Assembly: GCA_963762285.1 (NCBI GenBank)
Contig: CAVXKE010000017.1
Coordinates: forward strand, 97,249 to 161,248
Source of the DNA: an uncultured Alphaproteobacteria bacterium
GTDB taxonomy: Bacteria > Pseudomonadota > Alphaproteobacteria > Rhizobiales > Xanthobacteraceae
DNA length: 64,000 nucleotides
Direction: 5' to 3'
Shown here: positions 38,293-49,229 of the stretch, piece after piece
Layout: every line of letters starts with the position of its first letter
How positions within the stretch are numbered: position 1 is the first letter of the stretch
Translations under genes and position numbers: made by a program
Notes under the pieces: generated by a model
What the model was told of the DNA's origin: nothing
Databases searched by the model: none
Seen by the model: only the letters and a program-made list of their open reading frames with translations

Positions 38293-38985
38293 CTAGGCAT
38301 TCAAACGGTTGAGCGCCGCGCGATTACGCAACACGATACGGCGGGAGGTCGGCACCGCGATCGCCGCGGTATTCTCCAATTGCGTGAGCGTGCGCGACAC
38401 GGTTTCGATGGTGAGGCCGAGATAGTCGGCGATATCCTGCCGCGACATCGGCAGATCGATCTCGTTGCCGACCGGGGCGCGCGCGGCCATTTCCAGCAGG
38501 AACCCGGCCACCCGCTCCTGCGCGGTCTTGATCAGCAGCAGGATATGGGCCTGCACGCGCTGCAGTTCGCCGGCCGTCATCGTCCAAAGCTTGCGGGCGA
38601 TCTCGTTGTCGCGCGCCGCCAGGCTGACCAGGGCGCTGCGCTTGATGACCAGGACCTTGCTGTTGACGATCGCTTCGGCGGAGAACGTATGCATGTCACA
38701 AACTTCGAGGCCGAACATATCGCCCGCCAGATAGAAGGCGCCGATCTGGCGGCGGCCGTCGTTGAGCACCTTGTAGGTGCGTACGCTGCCGCTGACCACC
38801 TTGTAGAGATATTCCGCCGGTTCATTCTCGCCGTAGATTTCGGCGTTGCGGGCGAACGGCATGGGCGCGCCCATCAATTCGATCGAGGTGCCGAGCGGGC
38901 GTGGATTTATCGCTGGAATGGGCCGCACAACATGGGCCGCCGGCTGGCGCGAAGAATTGCGGTGGATCAGCGTTTGGGTGAGCAT
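38293..38985 (-). CDS. fixK: CRP/FNR family regulator FixK
   Basis: DGRRQI, MSRQDIADYLGLTIETVSR; no N-terminal Cys cluster; divergent from fixLJ. Confidence 0.92.
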   Translation of the reverse strand: MLTQTLIHRNSSRQPAAHVVRPIPAINPRPLGTSIELMGAPMPFARNAEIYGENEPAEYLYKVVSGSVRTYKVLNDGRRQIGAFYLAGDMFGLEVCDMHTFSAEAIVNSKVLVIKRSALVSLAARDNEIARKLWTMTAGELQRVQAHILLLIKTAQERVAGFLLEMAARAPVGNEIDLPMSRQDIADYLGLTIETVSRTLTQLENTAAIAVPTSRRIVLRNRAALNRLNA

Positions 38986-39127
38986 GGCGCTAGGTCCTCG
39001 ATAAATTCGATGGTCATCGATACCGCTGCAGCCGAGCGCTCGAAATTCAGATATTGTCCATAGGGGTTTTACCGGAGGCGATCGCGCTGCCGCCGCGGTG
39101 GAACCGAGATCGCATCAGCCTGGTTAA

Positions 39128-40633
39128 ATGTCTGAAATTATTATAAAAAACGAGAATTTGCCGGCGGCCGAACGGGGCCGGATTTGGCGCTATGGCGTTG
39201 CCCCGACCGCGGTGGCCCTGTCGCTGGCGGCGCGCGCCCTGCTCGCGCCGATTCTGCACGACGACACGATATTCCTCTATTTCGTGCCGGCGGTCTTGAT
39301 TTCGGCCGGCATCGGCGGCCTGGGGCCCGGCCTGCTGGCGACCGCGCTCGGCCTGGTGGCGGCGTTTTTCATGCTCGCCAGTGCATCGACAATTCCGAAC
39401 ACGGCCTTAGCCAGCGGCGCCGCATTCTGCTTCATTGCCGTTGGCGTGTCCTGGGTCGGCGAGCTGCTGCACCGCAGCCGCCGGCGCGCGAACCTGATGA
39501 CGCGCGACGCGCTGGCGCGCGAGGCGCATCTGCAATCGATTCTCGATACCGTGCCGGAGGCGATGATCGTCATCGACGAGAGCGGCATCATGCAGTCGTT
39601 CAGCAGCGCCGCCGAGCGGCTGTTCGGCTATGAGGCGGCCGAGGCGGTCGGACAGAACGTCGATATCCTGATGCCCGCGCCGTACCGAGAAAACCACGAC
39701 GGTTACATGCAGCGCTATATGCACACGGGCGAGCGCCGCATCATCGGCATCGGCCGCGTGGTCGTCGGCCAGCGCAAGGACGGCACGACCTTCCCGATGG
39801 AGCTTGCGGTCGGCGAAATGAAATCGGGTGACCGGCGATTTTTCACCGGCTTTATCCGCGACCTGACCGAGCGGCAGCAGACCGAAGCGCGCTTGCAGGA
39901 ATTGCAGTCAGAGCTGGTGCATATTTCCCGGCTGACCGCGATGGGCGAGATGGCGTCGACGCTGGCGCACGAACTCAATCAACCGCTGTCGGCGATCGCC
40001 AACTATCTGAGAGGCTCGCGCCGGCTGCTGGAGGGTGCCAGCGACGAAAAATCCGCGGCCATGCGCGATGCCCTGGACAAGGCGGCCGATCAGGCGATGC
40101 GGGCCGGGCAAATCATCCGGCGGCTGCGCGATTTCGTCTCGCGCGGCGAAGGCGAGCAGCGCGTGGAAAGCATCACCAAGCTGGTCGAGGAGGCGAGCGC
40201 GCTGGCGCTGGTGGGCGTGAAAGACCGCGGCATCCGCGTGCAATTCCAATTCAACCCCGAAGTCGATCAGGTGCTGGCGGACCGGGTGCAGGTGCAGCAG
40301 GTCGTGCTCAATCTGATCCTCAATGCGATGGATGCGATGGAAACCTCGCCGACGCGCGACCTCGTCGTCGCGATCTCGCCGGCGGACGGCAACCAGGTCA
40401 AGATCAGCGTGGCCGACAGCGGTTCGGGAATCGCGCCCGAGGTCGCCGAGCAATTGTTTCAGCCATTCATCACCACCAAGCGTCAAGGCATGGGCATCGG
40501 CCTGTCGATTTCGCGCGCCATCGTCGAGGGGCATAACGGACGAATCTGGGCGGAACCCAATCCCACCGGCGGAACGATTTTCCATTTCACTCTCGCGGTC
40601 GTGAACGAAGGGGACGTCGACGATGCAGCCTGA
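39128..40633 (+). CDS. fixL: Heme-PAS oxygen-sensor kinase FixL, membrane-anchored type
   Basis: Hydrophobic N-terminal domain; [23 protein letters not shown]; AHELNQP; GMGIGL. Confidence 0.94.
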   Translation: MSEIIIKNENLPAAERGRIWRYGVAPTAVALSLAARALLAPILHDDTIFLYFVPAVLISAGIGGLGPGLLATALGLVAAFFMLASASTIPNTALASGAAFCFIAVGVSWVGELLHRSRRRANLMTRDALAREAHLQSILDTVPEAMIVIDESGIMQSFSSAAERLFGYEAAEAVGQNVDILMPAPYRENHDGYMQRYMHTGERRIIGIGRVVVGQRKDGTTFPMELAVGEMKSGDRRFFTGFIRDLTERQQTEARLQELQSELVHISRLTAMGEMASTLAHELNQPLSAIANYLRGSRRLLEGASDEKSAAMRDALDKAADQAMRAGQIIRRLRDFVSRGEGEQRVESITKLVEEASALALVGVKDRGIRVQFQFNPEVDQVLADRVQVQQVVLNLILNAMDAMETSPTRDLVVAISPADGNQVKISVADSGSGIAPEVAEQLFQPFITTKRQGMGIGLSISRAIVEGHNGRIWAEPNPTGGTIFHFTLAVVNEGDVDDAA

Positions 40634-41258
40634 GCCGATCATTTACGTGATCGACGACGATGATGCCGTCCGGCAATCGCTCGAATTCCTGCTGAAGACC
40701 GCCGGGTTCGCGGTGCGCAGCTTCGAGTCGGCCAAAGCCTTTCTCGAAATCATGCCGCCGCTACACTCCGGCTGCATCATCACCGACGTGCGCATGCCGG
40801 GTATCTCCGGCATCGATCTGCTGCGCCGCGTCAAGGAACTCGGCGCCGATATCCCGGTGATCATGATCACCGGCCACGGCGATATCTCGCTCGCGGTCGA
40901 AGCCATGAAGATCGGCGCCACCGATTTTCTGGAAAAGCCGTTCGACGACGATCAATTGCTCGCCGCGCTCCGCTCCACGCTCAGCCGGGACGCCGGCATG
41001 GCCGAGCGCAAGGCCGAGCTTACGAAGATCCATGAAAAACTGGCGACGCTGTCGAACCGCGAGCGGCAGGTGCTCGAGGGCCTGGTGGCGGGCAGCGCCA
41101 ACAAGACCATCGCGTTCGACCTCGGCATCAGCCCGCGCACGGTCGAAATCTACCGCGCCAATCTGATGACCAAGATGGCGGCCAACAGCCTGTCCGATCT
41201 GGTGCGCATGGCAATGATGGCGGGCATTCTCGAAACGTCCGGCAAGCGCGGGCGCTGA
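40623..41258 (+). CDS. fixJ: Response regulator FixJ
   Basis: IDDD, TDVRMPG, Lux[16 protein letters not shown]. Confidence 0.94.
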   Translation: MQPEPIIYVIDDDDAVRQSLEFLLKTAGFAVRSFESAKAFLEIMPPLHSGCIITDVRMPGISGIDLLRRVKELGADIPVIMITGHGDISLAVEAMKIGATDFLEKPFDDDQLLAALRSTLSRDAGMAERKAELTKIHEKLATLSNRERQVLEGLVAGSANKTIAFDLGISPRTVEIYRANLMTKMAANSLSDLVRMAMMAGILETSGKRGR

Positions 41259-41282
41259 ACCGCGCTCGCAGCCCTGTCCCGC

Positions 41283-41901
41283 CTACAGGGCGTGCTTCAC
41301 GCCCAGGCCGCGCATGAAGCGCTCGCGGATCTGCACCGGATCGCGATCGGTGGTGCCGGTTCCCGGCTTGTTGTCGGTGCGCACCGCGATCAGGCTCGGC
41401 CCGCCGCTCGAGCGCAGCCGTGAACAGGCGATCGAAGTCGTCCTCGTCGGCGGCCCAGGCGCTGTTGGCGATCCCCGAGCCGCGCGCGATGGCGACCAGA
41501 TCGGCGGCGGATGCACACGCCGTCGGCTGCCCGCCGGTGATCTGGTAGATGCCGTTGTCCCACACCACCATGGTGAGATTTTTCGGCGCCCGCATGGCGA
41601 CGGTTGCGAGGCAGCCGAGCTGCATCAGCAGCGAGCCGTCGCCCTCGAGCGCGATCACGTGCCGCCGCGGCTGCGCGATGGCGACGCCGAACGCGATCGG
41701 AATGGCGAGGCCCATGCTGCCCAGCATGTAGAAATTCTGCGGCCGCTGGCCGCTCATCCACAGATCGAAATTGGCGTTGCCGATGCCGCCGATCACCGCC
41801 TCTTCGTGCTTGAGCTTGGCGACCAGCCGCTTGGTCAGGTCGAAGCGGTTCATCACCTTGGCGTTGTGCGCGCCGATGGCGCCGGTTTGCGTTGCGGTCA
41901 T
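41283..41901 (-). CDS. comE: ThDP decarboxylase beta subunit (sulfopyruvate/phosphonopyruvate decarboxylase, ComE-like); +1 frameshift ~41410
   Basis: NFYMLGSMG, EGDGSLLM, DNG.Y.ITGGQ; C-terminus in ORF 41283-41516. Confidence 0.75.
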
Positions 41902-41905
41902 CGGC

Positions 41906-42442
41906 TCAGGCCTCGAATACTTTGCCGCCGGTCAACAGCGGCGAGAGGATAAAGGTGACCGGGGCCTGCGTCGCCACCGCCTGCTTGATCGAGCGGTCGA
42001 CGATGAAGGCGAGTTCGTCGTGGCGGGTGATCGTGTGGTTCTCGATGCCGAGCGAATCGAGCACCGGGCGCATGGTCTTGCACACCATGGCCTGGCCGAG
42101 ATTGAATTCGCCGAGCGTGCCGCGTTCGGACACGAAGATCAGCGCCGGAATCTGGCCCGGCACCACCAGCGAGGCGAGCGCGTTCGGGATGGTGGCAAAG
42201 CCGCTGGTCTGCATCAGCACCGCGCCGCGCAAGCCACCCATCCAGGCGCCGGTGACGATGCCGAGGGCCTCTTCCTCGCGCGTACAGGCGAAGGTGGTGA
42301 AATACGCATCGGCGTGCAGCGCCTTGATCAGCGGCGTGAACACCTTGTCGGGGACGTAAACGACCAGCTTGACGTTGTTGCTCTTGAGGGTCGCCAGCAC
42401 GATTTCGTGCCAGGCTGCGGTTCGCGTTTGCATTTCATTCAT
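41906..42442 (-). CDS. comD: ThDP decarboxylase alpha subunit (ComD-like)
   Basis: YVPD, TREEEALGI..G, MQTSG, SERG..GE.N..Q. Confidence 0.75.
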   Translation of the reverse strand: MNEMQTRTAAWHEIVLATLKSNNVKLVVYVPDKVFTPLIKALHADAYFTTFACTREEEALGIVTGAWMGGLRGAVLMQTSGFATIPNALASLVVPGQIPALIFVSERGTLGEFNLGQAMVCKTMRPVLDSLGIENHTITRHDELAFIVDRSIKQAVATQAPVTFILSPLLTGGKVFEA

Positions 42443-42610
42443 GGATCAAGCGGCCTGGTCGGGCGTCCTTTTTGAATAGCGTGAAATTTTGGGCTTTGCC
42501 CTTACTCGGCACCGCCGCAACCGACGCCATTGCTCCAATGATCGCAAAAGCTTACCCTATTCTCGAAACCGGCGCTAACGAGAAAATGCTGCCGGGTCAT
42601 GGGGAGGACA

Positions 42611-43624
42611 ATGAAGATATCCAATGGAAATTCGACGCTGTCGCGGCGCCGCATCATCAAGGGCGCCGGCGCGCTGGCGGCCGGCATCGCCGCGCCGGCG
42701 TTGCTGCGCATCCGCTCGGCCTATGCCGCTTATCCGGACCGGCCGGTCAAGATCGTGGTGGCCAATACGCCGGGCGGCCCGTCCGACATCACCGCGCGCA
42801 TCCTCACCGCCGCGCTGCAGCAGAACACCGGCAAGACCTTCATCGTCGAAAACCGCGGCGGCGCCGGCGGCAATATCGGCTTCGGCTACGCCGCCAAATC
42901 CGACCCGGACGGCTACACCATCCTGTTGATCACCAATTCCTTCTCGGTCAACGTCACGCTCTATCACCAGTTGCCCTACAAGGTGGACGACTTCGTCCCG
43001 GTGAGCGAACTGGCGAGTTCGCCCAACACCTTCACGGTGAAAGCCGATTCGCCGGCGAAGACGATGAAGGAATTCGTCGCGTTGGCCCGCGCCAACCCGG
43101 ACAAATACAACTGCGCGACGCCGCCGATCGGCACGTCGTCGCAAATGCAGCTGGAGTTTCTCAAAGCGACCGAAAAACTGCCGAAATTGGCCGACGTGGT
43201 GTTCAAGGGCGGCGGCGACGCCATCACCGCGCTGCTCGGCGGCAACGTGCAACTGAGCTCCGGCTCGCTCGCGCCGGCGCTGCCGCACATCAAGGCCGGC
43301 ACGCTGCGCTGCCTCGCCGTCACCGGCGACCAGCGCTGGCCCGAATTGCCCGATGTTCCGACCATGGTGCAGGCCGGCTACAAGGACTTCGTGTTCGCGG
43401 TCGATTGCGCGCTGCTGGCGCCGGCCAAGACGCCGCCGGAGGCCGTCAAATGGCTGGAGGCGGAAACGCTGAAGGTTCTCAAAACCAAGGACATCCAGGA
43501 CAAGCTGCACAAGGCCGGCTTCCTGGTGCGTGCGCAAGGCGCCGACGCCTGCTGGAAGCGCGTGAACAAGGAAATCGTCCAGTTCAGGGACATCATCGAA
43601 ACGGCGCACATCAAGAAGATGTAA
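42611..43624 (+). CDS. Bug/TctC substrate-binding protein with Tat signal
   Basis: SRRRII, YPDRPVKIVV..PGGPSD, DGYTIL. Confidence 0.9.
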   Translation: MKISNGNSTLSRRRIIKGAGALAAGIAAPALLRIRSAYAAYPDRPVKIVVANTPGGPSDITARILTAALQQNTGKTFIVENRGGAGGNIGFGYAAKSDPDGYTILLITNSFSVNVTLYHQLPYKVDDFVPVSELASSPNTFTVKADSPAKTMKEFVALARANPDKYNCATPPIGTSSQMQLEFLKATEKLPKLADVVFKGGGDAITALLGGNVQLSSGSLAPALPHIKAGTLRCLAVTGDQRWPELPDVPTMVQAGYKDFVFAVDCALLAPAKTPPEAVKWLEAETLKVLKTKDIQDKLHKAGFLVRAQGADACWKRVNKEIVQFRDIIETAHIKKM

Positions 43625-43693
43625 GCCGGCTCGCGCACAACAGCGCCCGCCGTCGCGTCAGGCGCCGGCGGGCGCGATTGCAAGGAAACCGCC

Positions 43694-44818
43694 GTGCCGA
43701 TCAAGTCCATCGAGCCGATCGCGGTCAGCCTGCCGATGCTCAAGCCCGTCATCATGGCGGGCGAGGAGGTGCGGCGCGCCGACAACGTGCTGGTGCGGAT
43801 CGAGGCCGACAACGGGCTCGTCGGCTGGGGCGAGGCCGCCTCGGCGCCGGTGATGACCGGCGACACGCTCGAGAGCATCGTCGCGGGCGTGCATTATCTC
43901 GCGTCCGCGCTGCGCGGGCGCGAGCCGGCCGACATCGAAGGCGCGCTCGCCGCCATGGACAGCCGCATGTACGGCAATCACGGCGCCAAGGCGGCCATCG
44001 AGATCGCCCTGCACGATCTGGCCGGCCGCGCCGCCGGCAAACCGGTGCACGCGCTGCTCGGCGAAAAGAAACGCAGCCGCATGGCGCTGCTCGCCGTGAT
44101 CGGCAGCGGCGACCTCGACGGCGACCTGCGCGACGCCGAAAAAAAGAAGGCGGCCGGCATCACCGCCTACAAGATCAAGGTCGGCATCGACACGGCGGCG
44201 AACGACGCCGCCCGCACGCGCGCGATCTGCCGGTTGCTCGGCCCCGGCCTGCTGATTTCCGCCGACGCCAACCAGGGCTACACGACCGCGCAGGCCATCG
44301 ACTATGTGCGCGCGGTGAAAGGCTGCGGCCTCGACTTCTTCGAGCAGCCGGTCGAGGCCTCCGATCTCGCCGGCATGGCGGCGGTCGCCGCGGCGGCGGC
44401 GGGAATCGCCATCGGCGCCGACGAAGGCATCCATTCGCTCGCCGACATCAAGCGCCATCACGAGCGCAAGGCCGCGCGCGGCGTCAGCCTGAAGGCGATC
44501 AAGCTCGGCGGCATACGGGCGGTGGTCGAAGCCGGCCGGCTGTGCGAGCGCCTCGGCATGAGCGTCAACATCTCCTGCAAGACCGGCGAGTCCAGCGTGG
44601 CCTGCGCGGCGGCGCTGCACGCGGCTTGCGTCATCCCCAATATCGCCTGGGCGCTGACGTTGACCCATGGCGGGCTCGCCGAGGACGTGACCGCGCAGCC
44701 GATCGCGACCGCGCACGGTCATGCCGACAGCAGCGACCGCCCCGGGCTCGGCATCGAGGTCGACGAAGACCGCGTGCGGCGGCATCGCGTGCCGATCGCC
44801 ACGCGCAACGTAGCTTGA
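43694..44818 (+). CDS. Enolase superfamily enzyme, muconate-lactonizing/epimerase subgroup
   Basis: GWGEA, KIKVG, DANQG, EQP, ADE, second Lys (SLK), PGLG. Confidence 0.88.
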   Translation: MPIKSIEPIAVSLPMLKPVIMAGEEVRRADNVLVRIEADNGLVGWGEAASAPVMTGDTLESIVAGVHYLASALRGREPADIEGALAAMDSRMYGNHGAKAAIEIALHDLAGRAAGKPVHALLGEKKRSRMALLAVIGSGDLDGDLRDAEKKKAAGITAYKIKVGIDTAANDAARTRAICRLLGPGLLISADANQGYTTAQAIDYVRAVKGCGLDFFEQPVEASDLAGMAAVAAAAAGIAIGADEGIHSLADIKRHHERKAARGVSLKAIKLGGIRAVVEAGRLCERLGMSVNISCKTGESSVACAAALHAACVIPNIAWALTLTHGGLAEDVTAQPIATAHGHADSSDRPGLGIEVDEDRVRRHRVPIATRNVA

Positions 44819-44848
44819 GCGGGCGCCGGCCGCGCCGGCTTTGCGACT

Positions 44849-45688
44849 TCAATCCAGGTGAAAGCCCTTGGCCCGGACGAAGGCGCCGAAATCGGCGCGC
44901 AGCGGCACCGCGTATTGTCGCGCCTTGTCCTCCGACCAGCCGTAGAAGGCGGCCGTGCCAAAGCGCGCCGGATCGCGCTGCTTGCGATAGGGACGCAACG
45001 CCGCGCGCCGGCGGTCGTAGGTCTCGATCTGCTGGGCGAGATCGCCTTCCTCGAAACGCTCCGCGTGCAGCGTGCTGGCGAGCGAGAGCCGCGGCGTGAT
45101 GGCGCCCTCTTCCGCCGGCCAGCCGACGCACATGCCGGCGATGGGAATGACTTTCGGCGGCAGCGCGAGCATGTCGCTCACCACCGCGGCATGATCGCGG
45201 ATGACGCTGATCGGACAGCAGCCGAGACCGACCGCTTCCGCCGCCCGCAGGAAGGTGGCGAGCACCAGGCTCGCATCGACCACCGCGTTGAAGAACAGAT
45301 CGAGATGATCGTTGGGAAACGGCCTGCCGCGCCATTGCGATACCGCGGGCACGCGCCGCCCATTGGCGAGGAACACCAGGAACACGGGCGCCTGCCGCAG
45401 CCAGGGCATCTCCGGCAGCAGAGCGGCGATCGCGTCGCGCCCGGCTTTTTCTCGCACAATGAGAATATCGGCTTGCTGCAGATCGCTCTTCGACGGCGCC
45501 GACATGGCGCAGGCGCACAGCAGGCGCAGCAATTCAGGCGCAACGTCGCGGGCCTGATAGCGCCGGTGCACCCGATGGGCAGCAATCCGGCGCAATTCGT
45601 CGAGCCCGGGCAGCGCCGGGTCGACCGCGATGTCCTCCCCGAAACGCTCGGAAAGCGCGGCTTGAATGGAGTGGGCGAGATCCGGCAT
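44849..45688 (-). CDS. Nitroreductase / flavin reductase (NfsA-like)
   Basis: HRRY, SAPSKSDLQ, AAEAVGLGCCPI, PRL. Confidence 0.87.
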   Translation of the reverse strand: MPDLAHSIQAALSERFGEDIAVDPALPGLDELRRIAAHRVHRRYQARDVAPELLRLLCACAMSAPSKSDLQQADILIVREKAGRDAIAALLPEMPWLRQAPVFLVFLANGRRVPAVSQWRGRPFPNDHLDLFFNAVVDASLVLATFLRAAEAVGLGCCPISVIRDHAAVVSDMLALPPKVIPIAGMCVGWPAEEGAITPRLSLASTLHAERFEEGDLAQQIETYDRRRAALRPYRKQRDPARFGTAAFYGWSEDKARQYAVPLRADFGAFVRAKGFHLD

Positions 45689-45792
45689 CGAACGGCTCCT
45701 TGACGGAATTGCTAGTTGCCACGCGACCGCATGGTGGGGGATGATGCGTCAGGCGCAAGACCTAAAACAATGGCGCCACTGGGGAGAGCATC

Positions 45793-46812
45793 ATGCACCA
45801 TAGACAATGGCACCAATGGCGCTGGCCGCTGCTGGCCGCGGCCGCGACTTTCCTGTTTGCCGCCAACACGGCCAATGCCGAGCCGCGCGTCGTGCGCATC
45901 GCCACGCAATACGGAATTTCCTATCTGCCGCTGACGATCATGGCGGAGAAGAAGCTGCTCGAAGCGGAAGGCAAGAAACTCGGGCTTGACCTGTCCACCG
46001 ATTGGGTCCGCTTCACCGGCGGCCCGCCGATGAACGAGGCGCTGATTTCCGGCAATCTCGATTTTGCGTCCGGCGGCGTCGGCCCGATGGTCACGATCTG
46101 GGCGCGCACGATGGCCAATCTCAAGGTCAAGGGCGTCTGCGCGATCAACTCGATGCCGCTCTACCTCAACAGCATTAATCCCAACGTCAAGACCATCAAG
46201 GATTTCACCGACAAGGACCGCATCGCGCTGCCGGCGGTGCGCGTGTCGATGCAGGCGGTGATCCTGCAGATGGCGGCGGAAAAAGTGTTCGGCAAAGGCC
46301 AGGAGCACAAGCTCGATGCCTGGACGGTGTCGCTCAGTCACCCGGATGGATTTGCCCAGATGATGAGCGGCAAGTCGGAAATCACCGGCCATTTCACCTC
46401 GGCGCCGTTCATGTATACGGAGCTCGCCGACAAGCGCGTACATCGGGTGCTCAACAGCTACGACGTGTTCGGCGGACCGCACACCTTCAATGTGGTATGG
46501 GCCACCGCCAAGCTCTATGAAGGCGAACCCAAAATCGTGCAGGCGTTCCTGTCGGCACTGCGCATCGCGATGAAGGAAATCAACGAGGACCCGGCAGGCT
46601 CCGCGGCGCTATGGGTCAAGGCCGACAAGTCCAAGCTGACGCCGGCCGAAGCCGAAAAAATCATCAGGGACAAGGAGAACACCTGGACCTTGACGCCGCA
46701 GAAGACCATGGTCGTCGCCGATTATATGGGGCGCGTCAAAATGATCCCGGCCACTCCGGTCAGTTGGAAGGACATGTTCATCGACGCCGTCCACGATTTG
46801 CCGGGCAGCTGA
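45793..46812 (+). CDS. NMT1/SsuA-type (sulfonate/nitrate-like) ABC substrate-binding protein
   Basis: Signal peptide; QYGISYLP, NEALISG; paralog of the 22214 gene. Confidence 0.88.
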   Translation: MHHRQWHQWRWPLLAAAATFLFAANTANAEPRVVRIATQYGISYLPLTIMAEKKLLEAEGKKLGLDLSTDWVRFTGGPPMNEALISGNLDFASGGVGPMVTIWARTMANLKVKGVCAINSMPLYLNSINPNVKTIKDFTDKDRIALPAVRVSMQAVILQMAAEKVFGKGQEHKLDAWTVSLSHPDGFAQMMSGKSEITGHFTSAPFMYTELADKRVHRVLNSYDVFGGPHTFNVVWATAKLYEGEPKIVQAFLSALRIAMKEINEDPAGSAALWVKADKSKLTPAEAEKIIRDKENTWTLTPQKTMVVADYMGRVKMIPATPVSWKDMFIDAVHDLPGS

Positions 46813-46828
46813 GGATCGATCGGCGCCG

Positions 46829-47626
46829 ATGACCGCTGTGCTGCTCGAGGTGAACGGAGTAACGCTCCAGTACAAGACGCCGCGCCATCTGGTGACGGCG
46901 ACGTACCAGGTCGATTTTTCCGTTCAGCAAGGCGATCGCTACATCATCCTGGGACCTTCGGGTTGCGGCAAGTCCACGTTGCTGAAGGCGGTGGGCGGAT
47001 TCATGCCGCCGGTCGAGGGCTCGATCCGCATCCGCGGGCGCGAGGTCGATGCCCCCGGCCCCGACCGCATGATGGTGTTCCAGGAATTCGAGCAGTTGAT
47101 GCCGTGGAAGACCGTCTATCAAAACGTGCTGTTCCCGATGAAGGTGACGCGCAAGTTCACGCGCGCCGAAGCGGTGGCGCGGGCAAATACGGCGATCGAA
47201 AAGGTCAAGCTCAGCAAGTTCCGCGACGTCTATCCGCACATGTTGTCCGGCGGCATGAAAATGCGGGTCGCCATCGCGCGCGCGATGGCGCTCGAGCCCG
47301 ACATCCTGCTGATGGACGAGCCGTTCGCCGCACTCGACGCGCTTACCCGTCGCTCGATGCAGCAGGACCTGCTCGCGCTGTGGGACCAATTGCACTTCAC
47401 CGTGCTGTTCGTGACGCATTCGATCCAGGAAGCCATCCTGGTCGGCTCGCGCATCCTCGTGTTGTCGCCGCATCCGGGCCGTGTGCGCGCCGAACTCGAT
47501 GCCAGCAAGCTCGACTTCACCAATGTCGACACACCTGAGTTCGGCGCTATGTCGAAGCGGATTCATAACCTGCTGTTCGGCGATGAACACCACCGCGCGG
47601 GCACCCACAAGGAAGCCACGGCGTGA
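46829..47626 (+). CDS. TauB/SsuB-type ABC ATPase
   Basis: GPSGCGKST, LSGGMK, MDEPFAALD. Confidence 0.92.
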   Translation: MTAVLLEVNGVTLQYKTPRHLVTATYQVDFSVQQGDRYIILGPSGCGKSTLLKAVGGFMPPVEGSIRIRGREVDAPGPDRMMVFQEFEQLMPWKTVYQNVLFPMKVTRKFTRAEAVARANTAIEKVKLSKFRDVYPHMLSGGMKMRVAIARAMALEPDILLMDEPFAALDALTRRSMQQDLLALWDQLHFTVLFVTHSIQEAILVGSRILVLSPHPGRVRAELDASKLDFTNVDTPEFGAMSKRIHNLLFGDEHHRAGTHKEATA

Positions 47627-48513
47627 AAGCGGAACCGAATAGCAATATCGGCGCGGCCGCCCAGCGGCCGGAGTTCGAGATCGAGCCGACCGATGCCATT
47701 TCCGTTGGCGACGTCGAGCGGCCGCTCTCGCTGGTCGAGCGCGTCGTCTATAATGAATCCGTGCAGCGGGTGGCCGTCCTGCTGGTACTGCTCGTGGTCT
47801 GGGAGCTCTATGCGCGCTGGCTGAACAATTCGCTGCTGTTCCCGACCTTCACCGAAACGGTGCGGACCTTTTGGGGCGACATCCGCAACGGCGTGCTGAT
47901 CGACCGCACCTTAACTTCGTTGCGCACGCTCGCGCTCGGCTATGGGCTCGGCCTGGCACTGGCCGCGCTGTTTACGACGTTTGCCGTCGCCAGCGGCATC
48001 GGCACCCGCATTCTGTCCACGCTCACCGCGATGTTCAATCCGTTGCCGGCGATCGCCCTGCTGCCGCTGGCGCTGATCTGGTTCGGGCTCGGCACACCGT
48101 CGCTGGTATTCGTGATCATCCATTCGGTGCTGTGGGCGGTAGCACTCAACACCCTGAGCGGCTTTCGCAGCGTGCCGGAAACCCTGCGCATGAGCGGCCG
48201 CAATATCGGGCTGAAAGGCGCGCGCTATGTCGGACTGATCCTGATCCCGGCAGCGTTCCCCTCGATCCTCGCCGGCCTGAAAATCGGCTGGGCCTTCGCC
48301 TGGCGCACGCTGGTGGCCGCCGAACTGGTGTTCGGCGTCTCCTCGCGTTCGGGCGGCATCGGCTGGTATATCTTCGAGGCGCGCAACGACCTCGACACCG
48401 CGACGGTGTTTTCCGGCCTGCTCACCGTCATCCTGATCGGGCTGTTCGTCGAATCGGTTATTTTCCGCGCCATCGAGGCGCGCACGGTCAACCTCTGGGG
48501 CATGCAGCGATGA
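47623..48513 (+). CDS. TauC/SsuC-type ABC permease
   Basis: NPLPAIALLP, WRTLVAAEL. Confidence 0.9.
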   Translation: MKAEPNSNIGAAAQRPEFEIEPTDAISVGDVERPLSLVERVVYNESVQRVAVLLVLLVVWELYARWLNNSLLFPTFTETVRTFWGDIRNGVLIDRTLTSLRTLALGYGLGLALAALFTTFAVASGIGTRILSTLTAMFNPLPAIALLPLALIWFGLGTPSLVFVIIHSVLWAVALNTLSGFRSVPETLRMSGRNIGLKGARYVGLILIPAAFPSILAGLKIGWAFAWRTLVAAELVFGVSSRSGGIGWYIFEARNDLDTATVFSGLLTVILIGLFVESVIFRAIEARTVNLWGMQR

Positions 48514-49229
48514 GCGACACGCTGCGCGTCGAGATCTGGCGCGGGACCGAGACCGGACAATTCCAGCCATTCGCCATCCAGCGCCGCGACCACCAGACCG
48601 TGCTCGACGTGGTGACCGAGATCCAGCGCGAGCATGACGCGACGCTGTCTTATCGCTTCGCCTGCCGCGTCGGCATGTGCGGCTCCTGCGCCATGGTGGT
48701 GAACGGGCGGCCGCGCTGGACCTGCCGCACCCGCGTGAGCGAAGCGATCGGTGCCAGCGAAATCCTGCGGCTCGAACCGCTGCGCAACTTCGCCGTGGTC
48801 AAGGATCTCGCGGTCGAGATGACACAGTTCTTCCACAAGTGGAAAGCGGCGCAGGGCTATTTCGAGCCCGGCGCAACACCTGAAACGGATTTCGCGGTGG
48901 TGCCGCCGACGTCGCCGGAACGGCAGGCGGCCGACGCCGGCATTGAATGCATCGGTTGCGGCGTCTGCTATTCGGCCTGCGACGTGGTGGCGTGGGACAA
49001 GGATTATCTCGGGCCGGCCGCGCTCAACCGCGCCTGGACGCTGGTCAACGACATACGCGACCGCGGCCAGGGGGCGCGGCTCGACGCGGTGTCGGGCAGC
49101 GCCGGCTGCCAGGCCTGCCACACGCATATGAGCTGCACATCGTTCTGCCCAAAGGCCATCGCGCCGACTTTTTCGATCGCGGGGCTGAAACGGGCGGTGC
49201 TGCGCCACAGCTTGCGGGGCGTGCTGTGA
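48510..49229 (+). CDS. SdhB/FrdB-like Fe-S subunit
   Basis: ACRVGMCGSC..C, CIGCGVCYSAC, CHTHMSC..FCP. Confidence 0.9.
   Translation: MSDTLRVEIWRGTETGQFQPFAIQRRDHQTVLDVVTEIQREHDATLSYRFACRVGMCGSCAMVVNGRPRWTCRTRVSEAIGASEILRLEPLRNFAVVKDLAVEMTQFFHKWKAAQGYFEPGATPETDFAVVPPTSPERQAADAGIECIGCGVCYSACDVVAWDKDYLGPAALNRAWTLVNDIRDRGQGARLDAVSGSAGCQACHTHMSCTSFCPKAIAPTFSIAGLKRAVLRHSLRGVL

Noticed and set aside
39050-39080. FixJ binding site (TAGGGGTTTTACCGGA) in the fixK-fixL intergenic region
   Set aside because: Position is plausible but the match is too weak to call from sequence alone
26744-41258. Evidence of nitrogen fixation or symbiosis
   Set aside because: fixNOQP/GHIS/LJK are general microaerobic genes; no nif or nod genes in the window
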